Positions 45,376 to 53,619 of a stretch of DNA of 64,000 nucleotides are shown one piece after another. How positions within the stretch are numbered: position 1 is the first letter of the stretch; every line of letters starts with the position of its first letter. The notes beneath the pieces were generated by a model, which worked only from the letters and a program-made list of their open reading frames with translations, made no database searches and had not been told where the DNA came from. Location of the stretch: positions 1,601 through 65,600 of the forward strand of contig CAZGNE010000006.1 in the NCBI GenBank assembly GCA_964527165.1, written 5' to 3'. Origin of the DNA: an uncultured Candidatus Bathyarchaeia archaeon (lineage in GTDB: Archaea > Thermoproteota > Bathyarchaeia > Bathyarchaeales > Bathycorpusculaceae). Both the position numbers and the translations under genes were made by a program.

Positions 45376-46926
45376 TTAGAAAATGAACTCTTTGTTTAAC
45401 CAGTCTGGATACCACCTATAGTTCTCTATTGGAGCTGCTCTGCGCAATCCTTCATAGGTTGCTTTGATTAGTAATATTGTCCCGCGGCTGTCACGGTAAG
45501 TATTGACCAGTTTTTGTGATTCAAGGCTTTCTAGTAGTTGATTAAGGTTCTCATCTGCTATGTCTATGAGTCTTTCTCTTAGGTCTTCTCTGCTCATGTA
45601 CAGACCTGGATTCACCTGATAATCTTCTGACAACAGTCTAATTATGGCTTCTTCAGTGGATTCTAGTCTTGGCAACGGTTCTGTTGTGGATATTGGAACA
45701 CCGAGTTTTTCATGTATTCGTCTACGGGGCATCTTTAGATCGTTTCGTAGGGCTTTTAGACCTCCGCGATGTATAACCAGTTTCATGATGTCGTTCGTTC
45801 CTGCTCCAATCTGGTTTACTTTTGCGTCTCTGAGGTAGGTTTCAACAGGGTAAAATCGTGTCCACCCATCGCCACCCATTATTGTTATGGCGCTGCTTAT
45901 GAGGCTTTCATAGATCTCTGAAGCGTACATTTTTGCAGTAGCCGCCTCAACCATTGCTTCTGTATGCTCGTCTAATAGATGGGCTGCGTGATAGACGAGT
46001 AATCGTGAAGTATACAAACCTGCCAGCATGTCAGCGATTTTCGCTTGGTTCGTTGGCAGATCAACAGTCGGTTTGCCGAACTGCATTCGCCTTTGAGCAT
46101 AATTTACTGCGTAACGTATTGATTCTCGCATCGGTCCAAGCATGCCTGCCGAGTAGACGACGCGTTCAAAGTTCAAGCCTGCCATCATGACTTTCCAGCC
46201 TTCACCTTCCTTGCCTATTATATTTGCTGCTGGAACCTCAGCGTCATTGAAGTCCAGAAAACCGTTTGGTAACCCTATCCATCCTGAGAGTTCGTTAATC
46301 TTCTCTACAGAGAATCCTAATATGCCCTTCTCTACAAGAAAAGCTGTAAGGTGTCGATATTTGGCTCGATCTTCAGGTTTATCGCTTGTTCTAGCGTAAA
46401 CAACATAAATATCGGCTAATCCAGCATTCGTTATAAAACGTTTTTTGCCGTTAAATAGATAGCTATCTCCTTCTCGTATTGCTATGGTTTCGATTCCTGC
46501 GGCATCTGAACCTACACCAGGCTCAGTTATGCAAACTGCGCCAACAACTTCGCCTTTAGCTATTCTCGGCAACCATCTTTGTTTCTGCTCTTCAGTTCCG
46601 AAAGCCAGAAGTTGCTCCACACCACCAAACATAGAAACAGCGTAAGCCTCTGCTAAGGCTGAGCCAATCCTGCTCAATTCTTCAGCAACAATAGCTGCTC
46701 CTGTAACGCCAGTATTCAATCCTCCATATTCTTCCTGAATAACCGTTCCAAACCACCCTTTACGAGCAACTTCCTTAAGCAGTTCAGAAGGGAATTTTTT
46801 GGTCCAGAAAACCTCTTCGCCCTTAGGCAAGTTCTTGTCGCCAAAAGCTTTCGCGTCTTCCATTAGGCTCTTTTGGCGGGTGGTCCACCATGGAAAAGGC
46901 TCCATATCAAGCACTCCTAACAACAT
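45376..46926 (-). CDS. acyl-CoA dehydrogenase with ~130-aa C-terminal extension
   Basis: 516-aa ORF. ACAD pattern CITEPGVGSDAAG, GGDGWTRFYPVETYLRDAKVNQIGAGTNDIM. The extra C-terminal segment (...LLSEDYQVNPGLYMSREDLRERL...LVNTYRDSRGTILLIKATYEGL) looks winged-helix-like. Confidence 0.85.
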   Translation of the reverse strand: MLLGVLDMEPFPWWTTRQKSLMEDAKAFGDKNLPKGEEVFWTKKFPSELLKEVARKGWFGTVIQEEYGGLNTGVTGAAIVAEELSRIGSALAEAYAVSMFGGVEQLLAFGTEEQKQRWLPRIAKGEVVGAVCITEPGVGSDAAGIETIAIREGDSYLFNGKKRFITNAGLADIYVVYARTSDKPEDRAKYRHLTAFLVEKGILGFSVEKINELSGWIGLPNGFLDFNDAEVPAANIIGKEGEGWKVMMAGLNFERVVYSAGMLGPMRESIRYAVNYAQRRMQFGKPTVDLPTNQAKIADMLAGLYTSRLLVYHAAHLLDEHTEAMVEAATAKMYASEIYESLISSAITIMGGDGWTRFYPVETYLRDAKVNQIGAGTNDIMKLVIHRGGLKALRNDLKMPRRRIHEKLGVPISTTEPLPRLESTEEAIIRLLSEDYQVNPGLYMSREDLRERLIDIADENLNQLLESLESQKLVNTYRDSRGTILLIKATYEGLRRAAPIENYRWYPDWLNKEFIF

Positions 46927-47469
46927 TGCCTAACATGTCAAGTCAATTTTAAACTTTCGCTGAGCAGGAGAAAAACTGCATGAACTGTTGGCCAGAAACA
47001 GAAAAAGAAAAACAATTGTGCTCGTCCATCTTGCTAATGCGTCCTCGATTAATCCATCTACGGTTGCTATCATCGCCCTAAAGATACTCAGGAGGATTGA
47101 TGCTACACCTAAAGCTAAGCTAGCAACGCCCAATATATTGTGCCTACTCCAAAGCCAGTTATCCCGCCTATTGCTCCGAACACTATGACTACAAGTATTG
47201 TAACAATTGTTCACCCGAATATTCCAGCAAGAAAGCGTGATAACGCTCCTCTTCCCGATGTTTCTCCTGCTACGAGACTCGCAACAAATCCGCCAACAAG
47301 ATATCCGACTAGTATCATCGACCAACTGAAGATGGCAATTATGATGAATTCTACGAAAGCTCTGGCCAAAAGGCTCTCAGATTAAAACGTTCTTTCCATT
47401 CAACTGCAGCTGTCCATGAGAAGCGTTTTCCGTTTCACGTAAGCACGTGTATGTCGATTTGTAAGAGCG

Positions 47470-47982
47470 TTAGAACTCCAAAGGTTTACCATAAACCTCT
47501 TTGAAAAAGATTTCTTTAAATGCTTTTCTAGATCTATGAGGCGGCTTCTCGTCAGGAACACCTATGGGAAGCAATGCGACAACAGCATAATTCTCAGGGA
47601 TCTTCACGATTTCTTTTATTTCAGTTTCCTTGAAAGCTCCAATCCAGCATGTCGCATAACCTAGGGCAGTTGCAGCTAAGACCATGTGTTCCAACGCAAT
47701 CATTGGATCCTGTCTGAAAAGATTTCTAGAAGCTCCTGGATCACCTAACGCCACAATCACCGAGTCAGCGTCTGCAATGAATTTCTGATTGTTGGAAGCT
47801 GTAGACAAAGCCTTCTTTTTTTCTGCGTTTCTAACCACTACAAACATCCAAGGTTGACGGTTGCCGCCCGAGGGAGCTAAGCGGCCTGCTTCCAGAATCT
47901 TCTTCAAATTGTCATCAGGTATTGGATCTGGCTTGAACTTTCTTATGCTTCTTCTCTCTTCAATCGCCTTGAACAAATCCAT
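47470..47982 (-). CDS. nitroreductase-family flavoprotein
   Basis: 170-aa ORF. ERRSIRKF, GRLAPSGGNRQPW, and typical size. Confidence 0.85.
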   Translation of the reverse strand: MDLFKAIEERRSIRKFKPDPIPDDNLKKILEAGRLAPSGGNRQPWMFVVVRNAEKKKALSTASNNQKFIADADSVIVALGDPGASRNLFRQDPMIALEHMVLAATALGYATCWIGAFKETEIKEIVKIPENYAVVALLPIGVPDEKPPHRSRKAFKEIFFKEVYGKPLEF

Positions 47983-48116
47983 AGCTCTTCACATCTACAT
48001 TGCAAATAATATATTGATTAGACCATATTAGCTTTAGGACATCAACTGACAACACATATTGGATACAGCATGTTTGGCCTTCTTACGCTTCAATCGGAAG
48101 CAATTTATATAGTCAA

Positions 48117-48944
48117 TTGTACGTCAATATTCTGGTGATAGTGTTGATAGAAACCATATTTGCCATTTTCGTTCTTCTGATAATCGTGATTTCGATTCTG
48201 GCATCATCCATCAAGATAGTGAAGGAATACGAACGAGGAGTCATCTTCAGATTAGGGCGTCTCGTCGGCGCTAAAGGTCCAGGATTGTTTTTCATAATTC
48301 CAGGCTTTGACAAAATGCGAATAATTGATTTGAGGACATCTACGTACGATGCCCGAATGATCAAAGTAATCACTAAGGACAACATCCGATGCGATGTAGA
48401 CTCCTTCGTCTATTACCGAGTAGTGGATCCCATCAAAGCCATTTGTGATGTGGAAAACTTTGTTGTTGCCACTCAGAACCTAGCTAAAACCGTTTTGCGA
48501 GACATTTTGGGACACGCTGAACTAGATGATTTGCTAACGAAAACTCCAGAACTCACGAAGGAAATCCAGCAAGAACTCGACGAAACAACAGATCCGTGGG
48601 GAATCAAAGTCAGCGCTGTGGTTATCAGCGATGTCAGCCTTCCAGCTGATATGCAACGGGCAATTGCGAAGCAAGCGGAAGCTGAAAGAGAGAGAAGAGC
48701 AAGAATCATCGTGGCTGAAGGAGAATATCTAGCAGCTGAAAAAATGCAGCAAGCCGCAGAGCTCTATGGAAAGCATCCCATATCGCTCAGGCTTAGGGAA
48801 CTTCAAACATTGGCTGAAATTTCGCGGGAGAAGAACTTGGTCGTGGTTACTTCGACAACCGACTTGCAGGAAATAGGAAATATCGTTGCCATGACCCAAG
48901 CGACTAAAGTCAAGAGAGAACAAGTCAAAACGGAAGAAAGATGA
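48117..48944 (+). CDS. SPFH/band-7 stomatin-like protein
   Basis: 275-aa ORF. N-terminal TM then VKEYERGVIFRLGR...PGLFFIIPGFD, and a C-terminal coiled coil AEAERERRARI. Confidence 0.9.
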   Translation: MYVNILVIVLIETIFAIFVLLIIVISILASSIKIVKEYERGVIFRLGRLVGAKGPGLFFIIPGFDKMRIIDLRTSTYDARMIKVITKDNIRCDVDSFVYYRVVDPIKAICDVENFVVATQNLAKTVLRDILGHAELDDLLTKTPELTKEIQQELDETTDPWGIKVSAVVISDVSLPADMQRAIAKQAEAERERRARIIVAEGEYLAAEKMQQAAELYGKHPISLRLRELQTLAEISREKNLVVVTSTTDLQEIGNIVAMTQATKVKREQVKTEER

Positions 48945-50320
48945 AAACGTCACTGCACACTTTAGGACATAAAAAGAACAGAATGAAAGTTCGGAGCGTT
49001 TCAAATGCCATTTTGCTTCTGGTAATCCTTTCTTCTATTGTTTTATCATCTCCCAAGGTTGCTTCTGTCTTTGGTTTGAACGATAAACAGGTTGTTGTCA
49101 TTGAGCTTGACAGCGTCGTTAACGTAGCAGCTGTGGATCTGATCAAAGAAGGAATAGACTACGCCCATAATACCGGTGCCACAGCTGTTGTGCTCCTTGT
49201 AGACACTCCAGGAGGTTTGCTAGACGCAACTTTCGAGATCATCAGGCTCATTGACCAATCCTCTGTTCCTGTGATCTCATTTGTATATCCAAGAGGAGCT
49301 AAAGCATTATCTGCAGGCGTTTTTATTGTTCTATCGTCGCATGTAGCTGTAATGGAACCTTACTCCATTATTGGTTCTGCCCAACCTAGAGCGTATCCTT
49401 CTGGAGAGTTGATAGGTGATCAGAAGCTGATTAATTACCTGGTTGGAGAATTGGAGCTACGAGCGAGGATGCACAAAAGGAATGAGACAATTTCAGCAAA
49501 ATTTGTGACTGAAAACCTTAACGTTGACGCATACACCGCGAAAGATTATGGTATCACTGAGGCAATAGCTTCTTCCTTGGAAGAACTATTAGCGGTTGTT
49601 GACGGCATGAGTGTGCAAGTAGCGGGAGAACAAGAAGTTATACTTAGAACTAGATATGCCCAAATACATTATTTTGGTCCAACCATACGTGTTCAGGTTC
49701 TCCGAGTTATTTCAGATCCGTTGATCGCTTATCTCTTGTTCATCCTAGGAGTTTGGGGCATCATCTTCGGTTTTCTTACGCTTGGATTTGAGGGAGAAAT
49801 CATCGGAGGAATTCTTCTAATATTAGGCCTAATTGGAATGGGATTTTACGTTGATTTATTTGTAATAACCCTTCTTATCATAGGAGGGGGACTGGTTTAC
49901 GTAGAAATGAGAGAGCCAGGCTTGCAGTTTTTTGGTCCTGCCGGAGTTTTCTGCCTCTTGGTAGGATCGTTGCTTTTGCTACGTCTTAATCCGACCCAGT
50001 GGCTGATTTCTCCTGAATGGTACTGGTTTTTCATGGCAATTGTGCTAATGCTTACAATCATTCTTGGAGGCTTTTCAATGATAGTTCTCTACAAACTGTT
50101 TAGAACAGTGAAAAAGAGACCTAGCGTTCTTGGTTTCATTGGAGAATCAGGTCGAACGATAGATGAAATCGACCCAGACCATGACGGATTTGTTCTTTTC
50201 CACGGTGAGCATTGGAAAGCGCGTTCACGTACACTCATTAAAGCAGGTCAGAAGATAAGAATCGTCGCTAAGGAGGGTTTGACTCTTATTGTCGAACCTG
50301 TAATAGAAGACCAGAACTAG
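48941..50320 (+). CDS. nfeD: NfeD-like membrane-bound serine protease (ClpP-class) with C-terminal OB domain
   Basis: 459-aa ORF. 4-nt overlap with the stomatin gene. VDTPGGLLDA, GAKALSAGVFI, a central TM bundle, and C-terminal GFVLFHGEHWKARS...KIRIVAKEGLTLIVEP. Confidence 0.88.
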   Translation: MKTSLHTLGHKKNRMKVRSVSNAILLLVILSSIVLSSPKVASVFGLNDKQVVVIELDSVVNVAAVDLIKEGIDYAHNTGATAVVLLVDTPGGLLDATFEIIRLIDQSSVPVISFVYPRGAKALSAGVFIVLSSHVAVMEPYSIIGSAQPRAYPSGELIGDQKLINYLVGELELRARMHKRNETISAKFVTENLNVDAYTAKDYGITEAIASSLEELLAVVDGMSVQVAGEQEVILRTRYAQIHYFGPTIRVQVLRVISDPLIAYLLFILGVWGIIFGFLTLGFEGEIIGGILLILGLIGMGFYVDLFVITLLIIGGGLVYVEMREPGLQFFGPAGVFCLLVGSLLLLRLNPTQWLISPEWYWFFMAIVLMLTIILGGFSMIVLYKLFRTVKKRPSVLGFIGESGRTIDEIDPDHDGFVLFHGEHWKARSRTLIKAGQKIRIVAKEGLTLIVEPVIEDQN

Positions 50321-50514
50321 GGCGCATTTGGAATTTGAAGATTTTGTTCTTGCTTTAAGGTAGAAATATGTCAGAGGATTCTAAGCGGATGTTCTAGGGT
50401 GACCTTAGTTAAAACTTTAGTTGATTTTGAAGTGTTAAAACATGTTAATTCTTATATGGATGTTTCCAAGATAACAAATAGACGCGTTGCTCGATTTATA
50501 GGAAGGCGCATTGG

Positions 50515-51810
50515 TTGAGGAAGACAATATTTAAGAAACTTGAAGCCCAGGGCTTAATAGCAAATTATAATCGGCTGCGAAAGAATTTGCCTTCAAAATT
50601 GCCTGAGAAAGTTTTTATTTGGGATGAAACTCTGAAAGAGGGAATTCAAACTCCAACTGTTTTCTTGACTTATGTGGAACGGGTCAAGTTTGCCAAGATG
50701 CTGGATGAAATAGGAGTTGCTGTGATCACAGTTGGCTATCCTGCGTTATCAGAAGAGGAGCGGAATAGTGTAAGAAGGATTGCGAACGAAGGATTCAAGC
50801 AAGCAAGTTTAGCTGCTCCTGCACGCCCGATCAAAAGCGAGATCGACGCGTGCTTAGAGAGTGGAGTGAGAGAAATTCCTATAGTCACGCCCTTTAACGG
50901 AATCAATCTTCAATATAGGCTGAAAATGACTAGAGAGCAGCTATTGGAAAAAACCGTCGAATCAGTCGAATACGCAAAAAAACATGGTGTAAAAGTGGAT
51001 TTTGTTTTAGAAGATGCTAGCCGAACTAGTCTTGAAGATATTCTGAAAATTTTTCAGGAGGCAGTAAAGGCTGGTGCAAGCCGTTTGGTGATCGCTGACA
51101 CCTTAGGTTTTCTTAGGCCTTTGTCTACACGCTACTTGATTTCGCGTGTTAGGGAAGGGCTTTCACAATTAAAGGTGAGTGCTCCGCTTTCAGTTCATTG
51201 TCATAACGATTTTGGCTTGGCAACGGCGAATACTCTTGCGGCAGTAGAGGAAGGAGTCGAATGTGTGCATACCTGTGTTGCAGGATTCGGGGCTCGGGCA
51301 GGGGCAGCACCTTTAGAGGAGGTTGTTACTGCTCTGGAGCTGCTTTATGACAAAGACACGGGCATAGATTTGAACAAGCTTTACAGGCTCTCACAACTTG
51401 CTGAAAAAACTTTTGCAATCCCGATGCATTTTCACAAACCCCTAATTGGAGACAATGCTTTCTCACAAGAAGTTGAGGAATTGATAGAGGATACACTTGT
51501 CCAGCCATTGATGTATGTGCCTTTCCCGCCGGAGATCATCGGGAGGGAAGCACAATATTACCTTAGCAGGCAAGTTGGAAAACAAGCAATTGAAAATCGT
51601 TTGGTGCAAGCTGGAATAACGGCAACACCCATGCAAGTTCAGGAAATTATCAGAAATCTACGAAGAATGCGCGAAAGTGCTGACAAAGGCGAAGCTCAGA
51701 TGATCTTTTATCAGATTAAGAAACTGATGAAAGAAGTTAGAAAGGGTTTAGCTGAAGATGAGTTTTGGAGAATGGTGGAAGAGGTTACAAGACAAAAACC
51801 TAGACTGTAA
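50515..51810 (+). CDS. DRE-TIM metallolyase (isopropylmalate/homocitrate/citramalate-synthase family), divergent
   Basis: 431-aa ORF. HCHNDFGLATANTLAAVEEG is typical, but the N-terminal signature reads DETLKEGIQ instead of DTTLRDGEQ. Confidence 0.7.
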   Translation: MRKTIFKKLEAQGLIANYNRLRKNLPSKLPEKVFIWDETLKEGIQTPTVFLTYVERVKFAKMLDEIGVAVITVGYPALSEEERNSVRRIANEGFKQASLAAPARPIKSEIDACLESGVREIPIVTPFNGINLQYRLKMTREQLLEKTVESVEYAKKHGVKVDFVLEDASRTSLEDILKIFQEAVKAGASRLVIADTLGFLRPLSTRYLISRVREGLSQLKVSAPLSVHCHNDFGLATANTLAAVEEGVECVHTCVAGFGARAGAAPLEEVVTALELLYDKDTGIDLNKLYRLSQLAEKTFAIPMHFHKPLIGDNAFSQEVEELIEDTLVQPLMYVPFPPEIIGREAQYYLSRQVGKQAIENRLVQAGITATPMQVQEIIRNLRRMRESADKGEAQMIFYQIKKLMKEVRKGLAEDEFWRMVEEVTRQKPRL

Positions 51811-51818
51811 AAGGAGAT

Positions 51819-52610
51819 CTATTTGACTCGCGGGATGTATATTCCGTTAGGATCAACTTCCCTTAGAAGCTTCAGCTCCTCTCGTGTGGGCAGCTCTGTA
51901 GTTGGGACGTCAGGCGGAATTATCAAGTCGAAGCCCGAATTCTCTATAACTTGCTGCACGGAAACGCTTGGATGAACGGTGGCAAGCCTAATACGTTTAG
52001 TTTCGGGGTCAAAGTCCATTTGGCACAAGTTTGTGACCACGAGGGCAGGTCCCCCGCCAAGCAAACCAGTTTTTTCTCGGGATGTAGGACCGCTTAGGAA
52101 GCCTGGGCTTGTTAGGTAATCGAGTTTTTTGACCGTTTTTCTCTTTTCATGAGTCATTATTACTACTATACGTTTTGCTGAACTGATGATGTCGTTTCCT
52201 CCGCCGCTGCCTGGAAGCCTAACCGTTGGTTTTTCGAAGCTTCCAATATACGTGGTATTAATGTTTCCATATTCATCAATCTGCGCTGCACCTACAAAGC
52301 CCACATCTACGTGTCCGCCTTGCAACATAAGTCCAAGTGTCTCTATTAACCCGATAGCTCCTGATGCACGATATCCTAATCTTGAGTCTGCTATGGATAG
52401 GGCGATGTCTTTGGCGTTTGAATCGATGAATCCGGCTTCATAAACGATTTTGGCTGCAGGTGCGTGGGTCTTTTTGGCCAGCATTGCAGCTATCAGCGGT
52501 AAACCTGTTCCTATGAAAACTACTTCACCGTTTTTGATCTGTTTAGAACCGCACACTGCCATAAGTTCCAAGGTTGTGAATTCTTCCGGTTTTGCATAAT
52601 CTTTTTCCAT
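51819..52610 (-). CDS. CoA-transferase subunit B (glutaconate/3-oxoacid CoA-transferase family)
   Basis: 263-aa ORF with general family I CoA-transferase beta pattern (GTGLPLIAA..., LPGSGGGNDI). Follows the subunit A gene by 20 nt. Confidence 0.75.
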   Translation of the reverse strand: MEKDYAKPEEFTTLELMAVCGSKQIKNGEVVFIGTGLPLIAAMLAKKTHAPAAKIVYEAGFIDSNAKDIALSIADSRLGYRASGAIGLIETLGLMLQGGHVDVGFVGAAQIDEYGNINTTYIGSFEKPTVRLPGSGGGNDIISSAKRIVVIMTHEKRKTVKKLDYLTSPGFLSGPTSREKTGLLGGGPALVVTNLCQMDFDPETKRIRLATVHPSVSVQQVIENSGFDLIIPPDVPTTELPTREELKLLREVDPNGIYIPRVK

Positions 52611-52629
52611 TTATTGTTCTCCTCCTCTC

Positions 52630-53541
52630 TTAGTACGGAAGCGGTTTTTTGGCTTTAAGCTTCAATAACCGCTCGATGCCTATCTTCTGCAAGAATTCAA
52701 GGTGATTATTGAAGCTTGTTATGTATTCTTCACTGTATTTTTGCCATCCTTCCTCGGTCTTACATTGTTCATAGTACGTTCGCACGTGTTCCATATCGTA
52801 GTCATAGTAATTGTAAACCATCATTGGATATGACCCCCAAGGACACTCAACTACATGTGTTACATAGATGTTCGGTATTACCGTCTGGTCTGGTTGCGCT
52901 CGAACAAACTCGGTGTCCACAATTTCCTCTGCCATAACAATCAGCTTTTTTCCAGCCCTTGCCCCTTCAATGTCTTCGCCTTTAATGCCATCTATCTGGG
53001 CATTTCCCTCTTTGTCAACGCGAGAAACGTGGACTATGCTGAAGTCTGGACGCACGGATGGAACAAGCACCACTTTTTCACCAGTAAACGGGCATACGAT
53101 CTCTTCAGCTTTTTTGCTTCTAAATCTAGTTTTTGCAAGTATGTCTGTGCCCAGCATGCTTTTCAGGGGCATGAATGGCACGCCTAATGCGCCACCTAGA
53201 AAGCGAAGTGCCATAGCCAAGTTAGAATAATCCTCGATTTGTATTGCTCCTTCACGGATTCTTCTTTGAATGTTCGGCACCAGACCTATGCCTTCTATGG
53301 CGAAGAATGCCAGTTCAAAGCGTGAAACCACATAGGAGCCTGATAGTATATCTATGTCCATTTCTGAGCCGCAAGTGTAAATGGTCAAGTTACGCTTTTT
53401 CTGTCGGACAAGTTCATAGGCGAAAGCCATGGGCGGTCGTTGAAAGCCAAAGCCTCCCCAGAATAGGTGAGCGCCATCCGGAACAAGCCTTACAGCTTCT
53501 TTCAGAGTTAGACGTTTATCTTCTACAGGTGCTTCAACCAA
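52630..53541 (-). CDS. CoA-transferase subunit A (glutaconate/3-oxoacid CoA-transferase family)
   Basis: 303-aa ORF. LKEAVRLVPDGAHLFWGGFG N-terminus is typical of alpha subunits. Confidence 0.75.
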   Translation of the reverse strand: MVEAPVEDKRLTLKEAVRLVPDGAHLFWGGFGFQRPPMAFAYELVRQKKRNLTIYTCGSEMDIDILSGSYVVSRFELAFFAIEGIGLVPNIQRRIREGAIQIEDYSNLAMALRFLGGALGVPFMPLKSMLGTDILAKTRFRSKKAEEIVCPFTGEKVVLVPSVRPDFSIVHVSRVDKEGNAQIDGIKGEDIEGARAGKKLIVMAEEIVDTEFVRAQPDQTVIPNIYVTHVVECPWGSYPMMVYNYYDYDMEHVRTYYEQCKTEEGWQKYSEEYITSFNNHLEFLQKIGIERLLKLKAKKPLPY

Positions 53542-53619
53542 ACTCTAACACCAACCAGTTTTGAAGTGCACTAACGCTGAGCTTACAAATAGATTTTTCG
53601 ACTAGTAAGTCTTCAAATG

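Noticed and set aside
47211-47213. In-frame TGA in the small membrane ORF as selenocysteine.
   Set aside because: There is no Cys/Sec-type redox context, no evident SECIS-like hairpin in the 3' region, and no Sec machinery in the window. A nonsense mutation or two micro-ORFs is more parsimonious.
46930-47325. 131-aa minus-strand ORF directly upstream of the ACAD gene.
   Set aside because: It has Cys/Arg/Ser-rich, non-protein-like composition. A different frame on the same strand gives convincing TM helices (see the finding at 47115..47369).
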